A stretch of 64,000 nucleotides of DNA from Candidatus Kaelpia imicola (GTDB lineage: Bacteria; Omnitrophota; Gorgyraeia; Kaelpiales; Kaelpiaceae): assembly GCA_030765505.1 (NCBI GenBank), contig JAVCCL010000032.1, positions 34,807 through 98,806 of the forward strand, in the 5' to 3' direction. Of the stretch, positions 29,846 through 38,991 are shown piece by piece. Numbering within the stretch: position 1 is the stretch's first letter; every line of letters begins with the position of its first letter. The notes beneath the pieces are model-generated. The model made no database searches and was not told where the DNA came from. It saw only the letters and a program-made list of their open reading frames with translations. The position numbers and the translations under genes were made by a program.

Positions 29846-29854
29846 TGATGGCAT

Positions 29855-29946
29855 GGAGAGGTGTGAGAGCGGCCGAATCAAAACGACTGGAAATCGTTTG
29901 ACCTAAGAAATTAGGTCCCTGGGTTCAAATCCCAGCCTCTCCGCCA
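29855..29946 (+). tRNA. tRNA-Ser (anticodon GGA), type II with long variable arm, CCA encoded
   Basis: Acceptor GGAGAGG pairs with CCTCTCC. Anticodon stem AACGA/TCGTT with loop CTGGAAA (anticodon GGA, U33, A37). Long variable arm GACCTAAgaaaTTAGGTC. T-arm GGGTTCAAATCCC. 3' end CCGCCA. Confidence 0.8.
29928..29946 (+). repeat. att-like 19-bp core (tRNA-Ser 3' end), copy 1 of 3
   Basis: AATCCCAGCCTCTCCGCCA recurs at 31515-31533 (exact) and 32738-32754 (variant ...CCGCTA). Confidence 0.8.
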
Positions 29947-30024
29947 TTAATCCTTCCTAAATCTATATTCTTCCTTAGTTTGTATTCGATATATCTATAT
30001 GGTATAAATATATAAAAGGGTGGC

Positions 30025-31314
30025 TTGGTAGATAAAATGAAGAGAATTTCAATTATTAAAATTGTTTTAATATTTTTAGCGTTTGGTCTATTTATTCCAA
30101 ATATTTCTTTTGCTAGAAGAACTAAGAATGCAGATAATATAGCAGTTTCTTTGCATCAAATACTTGTAGGAATTGGATATGAGCAAGAAGCAGGTGAAAT
30201 CAATGCTTTAATATTAGAAATTTTCCCTGATTTTGGGGATCTTAAAGCCTTATCTCCTCAGGCAAAGATTGTAGCTTTAGCTGATATAATAAAACAAAAT
30301 ATATCTGCACATAGCTGGAGTGAAGGAGAAGATTTATTATATTTTGAATTATCAGACGTGCTTAATAGTAGAAAATCCATTTGCTTTGGTTATGCCGAGC
30401 TTTTTTACGTTTTAGGTAAAACGCTAGGGCTAGATGTGGAGGTAATTCCAATTTATCCAGGACACGGAGCCAATCTGATTAAATTAGATAGTGGTCATGT
30501 GGTTTTAGATTTAGCTAATGAGTTAGTTTCTAATTATTATCAGAGTCAGGTTTTTAACTGGGATGAAAATTATCAAAGAGAAGGAAGTATATGGTGTTTA
30601 AAAGAAGGGAGTAATTTGCCTCAAATATATAAAATTGTTCAAAGGGTAAACGAGCAGGGGATAATTGAAGGTAGATACTATAATCGTGGTTGGATGTTAG
30701 AACAGGCGGGACGCACTAATGAGGCAGTCGAGTGTTATGGTAGAGCAACGGGAGTGGCTCAAGCTTGGAGCAACATTGGTTTAATTTTATCTAATCAAGG
30801 GCAATACAATGAGGCAATTCGATATTTTGACAGAGCGATAGAGTTAAACCCATATTTAGCCGAGACTTTTTACAATCGCGCTTCTACTAAAATTGTTCTA
30901 GGATTACACAGTGAGGCAGTTGATGATTGCGATATAGCGATAGGTTTTAATTCAAACCTAGCCCAAGCGTGGTTTAATCGCGGGACTGCTTTGGCCTTTC
31001 TAAAGCAATATGATGAAGCAAAAGAAAGTTTTAGAGAAGCAATAAAATTAACACCAGATCCATCAATTTTATCGGAAGCTTTTTATAATCTTGGTCTGGT
31101 TCATATTAACTTAGGGATCATTAATAAAGCGCTTGAATATTTTACATATTCAGCTCAACATAACCAAAATAATGCTGAGGCATGGTTTCATGTTGGATAT
31201 TGCAAATTCCAATTAGGACAATCACAGGAAGGAATTGAAGCTGTCAGAAAAGCGATTAAACTAGACCCTAGCATGAAGGATCGTCTTCCGCCTGAAGTTC
31301 AAAGATTACTATAA
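30025..31314 (+). CDS. secreted transglutaminase-like cysteine peptidase-fold protein with C-terminal TPR repeats, FARR leader
   Basis: Leader MKRISIIKIVLIFLAFGLFIPNISFA|RR. Cys-His-Asp arrangement CFGYAELFYVLGKTLGLDVEVIPIYPGHGANLIKLDSGHVVLDLAN (transglutaminase-like core). At least 5 TPR units (AWSNIGLILSNQGQYNEAIRYFDRAIELNP...). Confidence 0.65.
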   Translation: MVDKMKRISIIKIVLIFLAFGLFIPNISFARRTKNADNIAVSLHQILVGIGYEQEAGEINALILEIFPDFGDLKALSPQAKIVALADIIKQNISAHSWSEGEDLLYFELSDVLNSRKSICFGYAELFYVLGKTLGLDVEVIPIYPGHGANLIKLDSGHVVLDLANELVSNYYQSQVFNWDENYQREGSIWCLKEGSNLPQIYKIVQRVNEQGIIEGRYYNRGWMLEQAGRTNEAVECYGRATGVAQAWSNIGLILSNQGQYNEAIRYFDRAIELNPYLAETFYNRASTKIVLGLHSEAVDDCDIAIGFNSNLAQAWFNRGTALAFLKQYDEAKESFREAIKLTPDPSILSEAFYNLGLVHINLGIINKALEYFTYSAQHNQNNAEAWFHVGYCKFQLGQSQEGIEAVRKAIKLDPSMKDRLPPEVQRLL

Positions 31315-31360
31315 GTAAAAATAAGTGAATTTATCTAAAAACAATTTTCTCTTGGTAAAA

Positions 31361-31533
31361 TACTCTTGTGCCCAAACTGTGCCCATCTTACATCAAAACA
31401 AACGTATGCAAACGTAGGCAAACGTAACCATTCGCACTCGATAAGTCCTTCATAAAGCAGTGGTTTATAACATATATGTTGATATATAAGGAGTTAAGGG
31501 ATTTAATCTAATAGAATCCCAGCCTCTCCGCCA
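31361..31533 (+). repeat. ~170-bp island repeat unit R ending in tRNA-Ser 3' core (copy A)
   Basis: gtgcccaaactgtgcccatcttacatc...aaacgtatgcaaacgtaggcaaacgtaacc...aaggagttaagggatttaatctaatagAATCCCAGCCTCTCCGCCA. Near-identical copy at 32588-32756, partial copy at ~34335-34400. Confidence 0.75.
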
Positions 31534-31622
31534 TTAATCCTTCCTAAATCTATATTACCCCTCAATTTGTATCGTATATATCTATATGGTATAAATATAT
31601 AAAAGGATGGCTTGGGCATAAA

Positions 31623-32528
31623 ATGAAGAGAATTTCAATTATTAGAATTATTTTGATATTTTTAGCGCTTGGTCTATTTATTCCAAATATTTCTTTTGCC
31701 AGAAGGGTGAGGGAAGTATTAACTCAAGTTGATAATTTTGGGACAGTTACTTATTATGAAAGTTATAATGGTAATTTTCGTCCATTAAAAATAGTTGATA
31801 AATTAGGTCATGTTTTAGATGAATATTATTATAGAGGTTCTGAATTAGATAGAGTTATAACAACAAATTTAGAGACAGGAGAAAAGTTAGAATTACGAAT
31901 AAAAAAAGTAGAAGGTAGGCCTGGATTACAAGCTGATATATACATTGAACAAAAATATGTGGGATTTCGAGAGTGGGAAATTAATGAAGGATGGATAATA
32001 TTGGGAGATATTACTATAGATGAAGGGATGCGCAAAAATGGTATTGGCTTAACGGTTTCAAATTGGATTGTTGCTTACTCAAATATGGTTGAAGGTGTTA
32101 CCAAAGCAACCACATTGTCTCAAAATCCTCTGATAATTTCTATTATGCAGCGTGTCACTAAGTTAGAGACAGTTAGTTATGCTCAAGCTGCTCTTTTGGG
32201 TATTAGAAGTCTAGGAACCAATTTAAGCAATACAGATCTTATTAAAAGTATAGAGTCTTTTTCTATTGGCAATGCTGACAATCTAAGGTTTGGTGTTGAT
32301 ATGTATAGGGTGATATTTGATGATAGCAAAGTTTTTTCTTCAAATTATCCATCGTTGCCAGTAGGAACAGAATTGGATAATTTTGAAGTTCTTGGTGATT
32401 GGATAGTTAAGTTGGATGGAGTTGTTATAGGCCAGATTAAATCTTTTTGTTCCTTTCTGTGTTTAGGTGGAGAGATAAATCCAATTCACGTTTTCATAGA
32501 CGAAGAAGGTAAAGTGGTTCAGTATTAA
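31623..32528 (+). CDS. secreted hypothetical protein, leader paralogous to 30025 gene, unrelated mature domain
   Basis: The first ~28 codons and ~110 bp upstream are nearly identical at nucleotide level to the 30025 gene (MKRISIIRIILIFLALGLFIPNISFARR). The rest has no similarity. Confidence 0.65.
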   Translation: MKRISIIRIILIFLALGLFIPNISFARRVREVLTQVDNFGTVTYYESYNGNFRPLKIVDKLGHVLDEYYYRGSELDRVITTNLETGEKLELRIKKVEGRPGLQADIYIEQKYVGFREWEINEGWIILGDITIDEGMRKNGIGLTVSNWIVAYSNMVEGVTKATTLSQNPLIISIMQRVTKLETVSYAQAALLGIRSLGTNLSNTDLIKSIESFSIGNADNLRFGVDMYRVIFDDSKVFSSNYPSLPVGTELDNFEVLGDWIVKLDGVVIGQIKSFCSFLCLGGEINPIHVFIDEEGKVVQY

Positions 32529-32587
32529 ATAGATTAAATTGTCAATTGATAGCTCTGCAATATGAACGATAATAGAGAGTTTTATTT

Positions 32588-32756
32588 CTGTGCCCAAACT
32601 GTGCCCATCTTACATCGAAACATCCGTAGGCAAACGTAAGCAAACGTAACAATCCGCACTCAGTAAATCCTTTACAAATAAGAGGTTTATAGTATAGTTT
32701 ATTGATGTATAAGGAGTTAAGGGATTTAGCCTAACAGAATCCCAGCCTCTCCGCTA
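32588..32756 (+). repeat. island repeat unit R (copy B) ending in variant att core
   Basis: Same architecture as 31361-31533: gtgcccaaactgtgcccatcttacatcgaaacatccgtaggcaaacgtaagcaaacgtaac...cagAATCCCAGCCTCTCCGCta. Confidence 0.75.
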
Positions 32757-32807
32757 GTTAATTTTGGCTTCAAATTAGAAGTTCCACCTCTTTTAGTAAT
32801 GTAGAAT

Positions 32808-33806
32808 ATGTTTAAAAGAATACTTAAAACAGTTTACTGTAATGCATCTTTAAGCCAAAAACGAAAATTTATAAAATGTTACAAATATTTTAAGAAAGGG
32901 TGGATTATAAAAAATATTCTTTCTTCATTAGTTAGACGTTTCTTTATAATACGCAAAATTAAAAATTTTGCTCTCTTCGAACAAATGTTTTATTCCCAAA
33001 ATGGAGAGGATGGCATAATAAAAGCAATATTTGGTAAAATAGGATCAACTAATAAATTTTGTGTAGAGTTTGGCATTCATCCAATGGAGGGTAATACCAT
33101 TTACCTACAAAAAAAAGGGTGGAATTGTTTATGGATGGATTAAAATGGTGATGGAAAAGTTATTAGAAAAGAATATATAACTGTAGAGAATATTAATCAG
33201 TTATTAGTAAATTACAATGTTCCTAAAGAATTTGACTTGCTTTCTATCGATATAGATTTCAATGATTATTGGATTTGGAAGGCAATCAGGGGATACTCCC
33301 CAAGAGTTGTAGTTATTGAATATAATTCCTCTATTCCTCCAGCAGAAAGTAAGACTATAGAGTATGATCAAAATGCCCATTGGGATGGCACTAATTATTT
33401 TGGAGCGAGTTTATTAGCATTAACAAAACTTAGTAAATCAAAAGGGTATACTTTAGTGGCATGTGATAAAAAAGGAACCAACGCTTTTTTTGTAAAAACT
33501 GATTTGATTAAGAATAATTTCAAAGTTAAAGAAGTTAAAAAGATTTACAACCCACCCAAATATGGCAAAAAAGTCAATGGCAAATACATTGGGCACCCTC
33601 CAAGTAATAAATCAATGAGTTCTATTTTAATTAGTATTTCTTATGCTGCCTCTCTGTATCATGCTGTGTCTACGACTTTGTTTTCGACATTTTTGCAGGC
33701 TCCATCCAAAAATTACTTCACTTTATTCCGCAAAATTTGTTTAATCATATGCGTTAAAAAGAATTTATTGCTCAGTTTGATGAAATCAAACAATCTCGTA
33801 GAATAG
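32808..33806 (+). pseudogene. disrupted gene: single reading frame interrupted by in-frame TAA (33141-33143); weak FkbM-methyltransferase-like C-terminal half
   Basis: ORFs 32808-33143 and 33237-33806 are in the same frame. Translation runs through ...KGWNCLWMD*NGDGKVIRKEYITVENINQLLVNYNVPKEFDLLSIDIDFNDYWIWKAIRGYSPRVVVIEYN... with only one stop. Confidence 0.5.
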
Positions 33807-34451
33807 GATTAAAAAAGCTTTAAATCGTCAGAAACAATAGACCGATAGGTAATAACTGACGTGCGGAGATTTTAGTCACTACTATTGTGTCTTACCTTTA
33901 CTTTTTTGTATAGTATACGATATCTAAACGGTAAGAGAGTGTTTATAGATAATGTGAGAAAATTACTCATTTTAGCATTTGTTATGCTTTTATTATAATA
34001 AAGATAGCCTTGTAAGTATTTCTTGCAGGACGAGAAAGCGTTAAGCGATACAAATTTTCTAAAATGATAATTTGTTTTCGGGTATTACTGTTCCATCCAT
34101 TCTTTTGAATCAAAGGATCTAAATGTAGCGGAGAGAAGAAGAGAATTAATAAGTCTCTTTGATAATTGTTTAAATAAAGAAGAGATAGATTTTCTAATTA
34201 CAGGTTCTATAAAATCAATTATGTTAGCTTCTCGCTAATAAGCCATATCCCTCAGTTAGTCAAGCTGTACCTATATTAGGTATACTACCTTAGGATATTT
34301 TTATAATTTAATCTTATATGCATATATCCAGTAGACTCTTTACAAAGAAATATTTCATAGTATAGTTTATTAATGCGTATATGTTGTGGGTGTTAATCAA
34401 ATAGTTATTATTGGTATTGATTGTATGGAGGTAATTGTTTAAAGAATTATT

Positions 34452-35237
34452 ATGAAGAGTAATTTTAAATATATCTATGGTCCGGTCTCTTCCTGGAGAT
34501 TGGGTTCTTCTTTGGGTATTGACCCTATATCGGGAGAGAATAAAATATGCAGCTTTGACTGCGTATATTGTCAAATAAAAGAGCTGAGTCTATTAAGCAT
34601 GGAGAGAAAGATTTTTGTAGAGACTGAATTGATTGTTAATGAACTTCAGGCTCTACCTTCAGGTTTAGATATTGACTACGTTACTCTCTCAGGTAGGGGC
34701 GAGCCTACTCTGGCTTTAAACATTAAGGATATAACTATCGCTGCAAAGAGTATCTTAGGTCATCCAGTTGCTCTTCTTACTAACTCTACTATGCTTTTAA
34801 GAGAAGATGTTAGAGATGATATTTTAGATATTGATTTTGTAATAGCCAAGGTAGATGCTTGTAGCGATGAACATTTAAGGGTTATCAACAGGCCTCATGA
34901 AGATTTAGATTTTTTAAGCATATTAGATGGAATTAAGAAGTTCAAAGCTAATTATAAAGGAAAATTTGGAATCCAGATTATGTTTTTAGAGTCAAATAAA
35001 TTTGAGGCAGAAGGTATTGCAAGAATTGCATCAGAATTAAATCCAGATGAAGTGCAGCTTAATACTCCCTTGCGTGATTCTAAAGTCAAAGCTCTTTCGA
35101 AAGACGATATGGATAAAATAAAGGATTGCTTTAAGGGTTTCAATGCTATTTCGGTTTATGATAGAGAGAAGAAAAAAGTAGAATCAATAAGTAAAAAAGA
35201 TACAATGAGAAGAAGGGGAAAGGATTATGATAATTGA
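34452..35237 (+). CDS. radical SAM domain protein
   Basis: YGPVSSWRLGSSLGIDPISGENKICSFDCVYCQ contains the CxxxCxxC radical-SAM cluster motif in the conserved GPVxSRRLGxSLGI...C context. Lies directly upstream of feoAB. Confidence 0.8.
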   Translation: MKSNFKYIYGPVSSWRLGSSLGIDPISGENKICSFDCVYCQIKELSLLSMERKIFVETELIVNELQALPSGLDIDYVTLSGRGEPTLALNIKDITIAAKSILGHPVALLTNSTMLLREDVRDDILDIDFVIAKVDACSDEHLRVINRPHEDLDFLSILDGIKKFKANYKGKFGIQIMFLESNKFEAEGIARIASELNPDEVQLNTPLRDSKVKALSKDDMDKIKDCFKGFNAISVYDREKKKVESISKKDTMRRRGKDYDN

Positions 35238-35460
35238 TATAACTGATCTAAAATCCAAAGAGAGCGGTGTGATTATTGAGATAAAAGGCGGCTGTGGTCT
35301 TATTGACCGCCTTCAGAGCATGGGCATAAGAATCGGTAAGAGAGTCATTAAGGTTAGTTCTCATTTCTGGAGAGGCCCGCAGACTATCGAGATTGATAAT
35401 TTTAAAGTTGCTATCGGTCATGGTATGGCTAAGAAGATTAGGGTAGATACAGGTAAATGA
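35227..35460 (+). CDS. feoA: ferrous iron transport protein A (FeoA)
   Basis: 77-aa SH3-like FeoA pattern (GVIIEIKGGCGLIDRLQSMGIRIGKRVIKV). Its stop overlaps the feoB start (ATGA). Confidence 0.7.
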   Translation: MIIDITDLKSKESGVIIEIKGGCGLIDRLQSMGIRIGKRVIKVSSHFWRGPQTIEIDNFKVAIGHGMAKKIRVDTGK

Positions 35461-37166
35461 AAAATATTCTGTTAGTTGGAAATCCCAATGTAGGTAAGAG
35501 TGCGATATTCTCTCGTCTTACCGGGGCAAGGGTTGTTATATCTAACTTTTCTGGCTCAACCGTTGAATATACAAAGGGTCGAAGTAAGATCTTCGGAGAT
35601 ATTGTAGATGTAATAGATGTTCCAGGTACATATAGTTTGAAACCCAATTGTTGCGCTGAAGAGGTTGCAGTTAAGATGATTGATGAGGGTGATATTGTTA
35701 TCAATGTAGTTGATGCAACGAATTTGGAAAGAAACCTCTATCTCACCCTAGAATTAATCGAAAGAGGTCTGCCTGTTATAGTTGCGTTAAATATTTGGGA
35801 TGAGACAAAGCATCGTGGGATTAGTATAGATATCAAGAGATTAGAAGAGCTGTTAGGAGTACCTGTTGTAAGTACTTGCGGTTTAACGGGGGAAGGTATA
35901 AGAGAAATAGCATCAAAGATGAAAGATTTAAAGCCAAAACAGAAAGAGGATGTTTCTGATCAGCAGCGTTGGATAGAGATAGGCAGTATTACTCAAGAGG
36001 TACAGAGACTTTGCCACAGGCACCATACATTTCTTGAGATATTAGAAGGATTGAGCATTAGACCGGTTAGCGGTCTGATCATAGGATTAATTATTATGGT
36101 AGCCTCTTTCTTTGTAGTAAGGGTTATAGGCGAAGGTGTTATCAACCATCTATTGGATCCGCTATTTGAAAATTACTGGCTTCCCGTAATGAACAGTCTA
36201 AGCACTGTTCTCTCTAAGTTTAGCTTTTTGCATTATGTGATCATAGGCAAGTTGATTAATGGAGGGATAGACTTTGGGCTCTCATTCGGGCTTTTGACTA
36301 CAGGACTCTATGTGCCCATTGTAATGGTGGCTCCTTATATCTTAAGCTTCTATTTTGTTCTAGGGCTCATGGAAGATTTTGGGTATCTGCCTCGTCTTGC
36401 TGTTTTAGTTGACAATGTAATGCATAAATTAGGATTACACGGCTATGCTGCTGTTGGGATGATCTTAGGTTTAGGTTGCAATGTCTCTGGTGCTTTATCA
36501 GTACGATTACTTGAAAGCAGGAGGGAGAAGTTTATTGCTTCAACGCTTCTTAGTATTGCGGTACCCTGCATGGCTCAGATCGCTGTTATAGCCGGGTTGT
36601 TAGGGGCTAGGAGCGGTAGGGCGGTAATGATTGTATTTTTAACCCTTCTCTTGCTATGGTTCATTATAGGATATATTTTAAATAAGGTTTTAAGAGGAGA
36701 GAGTGCTCCTTTGATTCTTGAGATTCCTCCATACAGGAGACCTCATTTTAGGGCTGTTTTAAAGAAGCTTTGGATGCGGATATCGAGTTTTTTTATTACT
36801 GCGATACCCTATGTTTTGTTAGGTGTTCTCTTGGTTAATATGCTCTATGCTTTTGGAATTGTAGATTTCTTTGCTCACATTTTTTCACCGGTACTTAAAA
36901 ACATCTGGGGTTTGCCGCCTGAGGCAATATCGGCATTATTGATTGGGTTTTTAAGAAAAGATGTTGCTGTGGGTATGTTGGGGCCAATGGGTTTAACATT
37001 GAAACAGCTTACTGTAGGTTGTGTTATTCTTGCCATATACTTTCCCTGTTTTGCTACTTTCATAGTCTTATTTAGAGAGCTGGGGTTAAGAGATATGCTA
37101 AAGGCGGCTTTTATTATGGTAGGAGTGGCGCTTATGGTTGGAGGAATACTTAACTTTATACTCTAA
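35457..37166 (+). CDS. feoB: ferrous iron transporter FeoB
   Basis: N-terminal G-domain LLVGNPNVGKSAIFSRLTG, DVPG, NIWD. A long polytopic membrane domain follows. Confidence 0.9.
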   Translation: MKNILLVGNPNVGKSAIFSRLTGARVVISNFSGSTVEYTKGRSKIFGDIVDVIDVPGTYSLKPNCCAEEVAVKMIDEGDIVINVVDATNLERNLYLTLELIERGLPVIVALNIWDETKHRGISIDIKRLEELLGVPVVSTCGLTGEGIREIASKMKDLKPKQKEDVSDQQRWIEIGSITQEVQRLCHRHHTFLEILEGLSIRPVSGLIIGLIIMVASFFVVRVIGEGVINHLLDPLFENYWLPVMNSLSTVLSKFSFLHYVIIGKLINGGIDFGLSFGLLTTGLYVPIVMVAPYILSFYFVLGLMEDFGYLPRLAVLVDNVMHKLGLHGYAAVGMILGLGCNVSGALSVRLLESRREKFIASTLLSIAVPCMAQIAVIAGLLGARSGRAVMIVFLTLLLLWFIIGYILNKVLRGESAPLILEIPPYRRPHFRAVLKKLWMRISSFFITAIPYVLLGVLLVNMLYAFGIVDFFAHIFSPVLKNIWGLPPEAISALLIGFLRKDVAVGMLGPMGLTLKQLTVGCVILAIYFPCFATFIVLFRELGLRDMLKAAFIMVGVALMVGGILNFIL

Positions 37167-37168
37167 CT

Positions 37169-37489
37169 ATGAAATTTGAAGAACTGGATAAAGATAGGAA
37201 GATTCTTAACTTAGAGGCTGAGGCCATGGTTCAAGAGGTTAAAGATTCTTTTCATAAATTAGCAAAAGAGACCCATCCGGATGTTGCTAAAGATAAAAAC
37301 AAGGAGAAAGCGATAGAGAGGTTCAGGGAGATATCATGGGCATATGAAGTTATTATGAATTATCTATTCCATTATAAATTCTCTTTCAAGGAAGAGGATT
37401 TTAATAAGAAACATTTAGACTTAAACAGAGGAATAAAAGACCACATGAACAGGTTCTTTGATAATTGGCTAGGAGATTTATCTATTTGA
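37169..37489 (+). CDS. small J-domain-like protein
   Basis: LAKETHPDVAKDKNKEKAIERFREISWAYEVI: an HPD tripeptide in the J-domain helix II/III context. Confidence 0.45.
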   Translation: MKFEELDKDRKILNLEAEAMVQEVKDSFHKLAKETHPDVAKDKNKEKAIERFREISWAYEVIMNYLFHYKFSFKEEDFNKKHLDLNRGIKDHMNRFFDNWLGDLSI

Positions 37490-37521
37490 CTTTTAAACCC
37501 TTATTATTTAGAATTCTTGCT

Positions 37522-38472
37522 ATGAAAAACTTCAAGGTTCTTATCGTACTTATAGTCTTTTTCAGCTTCTTAAACAATGCGTTTTCTTTTTGGATCTGGA
37601 CCCCTGAGACAGGTAAATGGATAAACCCTGATAGTTATGTTCGGGATACACCTGAGGAACAGTTTAATCTGGGTTATAAGAAATTTCAGGAGGAAGATTT
37701 TAAAGGAGCTATTGAGGCTTTTAAAAAACTCGTCAAATATTATGAAAAGTCAAAATATGCTCCGGAAGCACAGTTCTACATTGGCCAGGCTTACGAGAGG
37801 CTGGGCAAATATTATTCGGCATTTAAATCATATCAGAAGATCATAGACACCTATCCTTATACCTCAAGAGTAGATGAGGTTATATCTCTGGAATACAAGA
37901 TAGCCAATCTCTATTTTGTGAGAGATAATGAAGATAGGAATTTAATAGAGAGGGTATCTTTCTTGGATGATAACTCGAAAGCTATTGAGATATTTAAAAA
38001 AGTAGTCGATAATTCTCCTTACGGAGAGTATGCGCCTTTGGCTCAGTTTAAATTAGGCCTGGTGTATAAACGAATAGGCGATTACCCCGGAGCAGAAGAA
38101 GCTTTTAAAAATCTTATTACAGGTTATCCGGGTTCTGAGCTGGCGGATGATGCAGTGATACAGCTTGCAGAGGTTGCATCAGAGAAAGAAGCCAAGGTAG
38201 ATTATTCTCAGGAAGGGACAGAGATTGCAATCAAGAGACTAGAAGAGATGTCTCAAATTGGTGATATGCCTGAAGAAGGTGATAGGATATTAATAAGGTT
38301 AAAAGAGCGTAAGGCGGAGAGTCTCTATAATACAGCTAAGTTTTATGAGAAGCAAAAGTTATATGATAGTGCTGTGATATATTATGAAGAAATAGTTAAA
38401 CAATATCCTAATACTGATTGGGCTGTAATAGCTGCCGGGAAGGTTGCAGCATTGAAGAAGAAGGAAAATTAA
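37522..38472 (+). CDS. TPR-repeat protein (BamD/YbgF-like), signal peptide
   Basis: ATG at 37522 gives MKNFKVLIVLIVFFSFLNNAFSF. Repeated ...A.F.lG.ay....y..A...f..l...YP.s.....A.. units. The track's upstream start at 37465 overlaps the previous gene. Confidence 0.55.
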   Translation: MKNFKVLIVLIVFFSFLNNAFSFWIWTPETGKWINPDSYVRDTPEEQFNLGYKKFQEEDFKGAIEAFKKLVKYYEKSKYAPEAQFYIGQAYERLGKYYSAFKSYQKIIDTYPYTSRVDEVISLEYKIANLYFVRDNEDRNLIERVSFLDDNSKAIEIFKKVVDNSPYGEYAPLAQFKLGLVYKRIGDYPGAEEAFKNLITGYPGSELADDAVIQLAEVASEKEAKVDYSQEGTEIAIKRLEEMSQIGDMPEEGDRILIRLKERKAESLYNTAKFYEKQKLYDSAVIYYEEIVKQYPNTDWAVIAAGKVAALKKKEN

Positions 38473-38991
38473 TTGAAAAGATTAGCGACGTTATTATTGG
38501 CTGCTTTAATTGTCTCAGGTTGCGGTTATACTTTGAGAAGCGCTCAAGATTCACCTTATGAGACAATCTACATTCCGGTATTCTTTAATAAGATCTCTAT
38601 AAATAACATCTCTTCAGATTATAAACTCTATTATCGCGGTCTAGAGATAGAGCTTGAGAATATTTTAAGAGAGAGGTTTAGATATGATGGTAATATTCTA
38701 CCCGTCTCTAGTGTCCAAGATGCTGATATTGTCGTAGAAGGTGAGATATTAGACTATAACAAGAGTGCTCTAAGCTATGCTAGCAACGAGGATGTTGATG
38801 AGTATAAGATTACGGTTAGTACAAATGTCCGTCTCATAGAGAAAGAAAAAGAGCTCTGGGCTGAAAGCATGTCTGGAGAGTCAACCTATCTTACAGCAGG
38901 TGCTAATGCTAAAAGCGAGACTCAGGCTTTAAGGGATGCTCTGGGTGATCTATCCAGAAAGATTGTAGATAGAGTAGTAATTAACTGGTGA
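38473..38991 (+). CDS. lptE: LptE-like LPS-assembly lipoprotein
   Basis: Lipobox LIVSGC followed by GYTLRS (compare LptE CGFHLRG). ~170 aa. Immediately followed by a holA-like gene, as in the conserved leuS-lptE-holA arrangement. Confidence 0.55.
   Translation: MKRLATLLLAALIVSGCGYTLRSAQDSPYETIYIPVFFNKISINNISSDYKLYYRGLEIELENILRERFRYDGNILPVSSVQDADIVVEGEILDYNKSALSYASNEDVDEYKITVSTNVRLIEKEKELWAESMSGESTYLTAGANAKSETQALRDALGDLSRKIVDRVVINW

Noticed and set aside
28918-29854. Possible regulatory RNA or riboswitch in the poorly coding stretch between cca and tRNA-Ser
   Set aside because: No recognisable riboswitch consensus, and it is not a leader of a gene class that typically has one. Only weak small ORFs were called.
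30090-30110. FARR leaders as twin-arginine (Tat) signal peptides
   Set aside because: The Tat motif (S/T-R-R-x-F-L-K) precedes the hydrophobic core. Here the RR follows the h-region and an AxA cleavage site, so it is a Sec-type leader with a conserved +1/+2 RR.
33141-33143. Hypothesis that TAA is recoded as sense in this organism
   Set aside because: The large majority of confidently called genes in the window (giant gene 1, subtilase, PilZ, carB and others) terminate with TAA at positions matching homolog C-termini. The two in-frame TAAs are better explained as pseudogenisation or sequencing errors.
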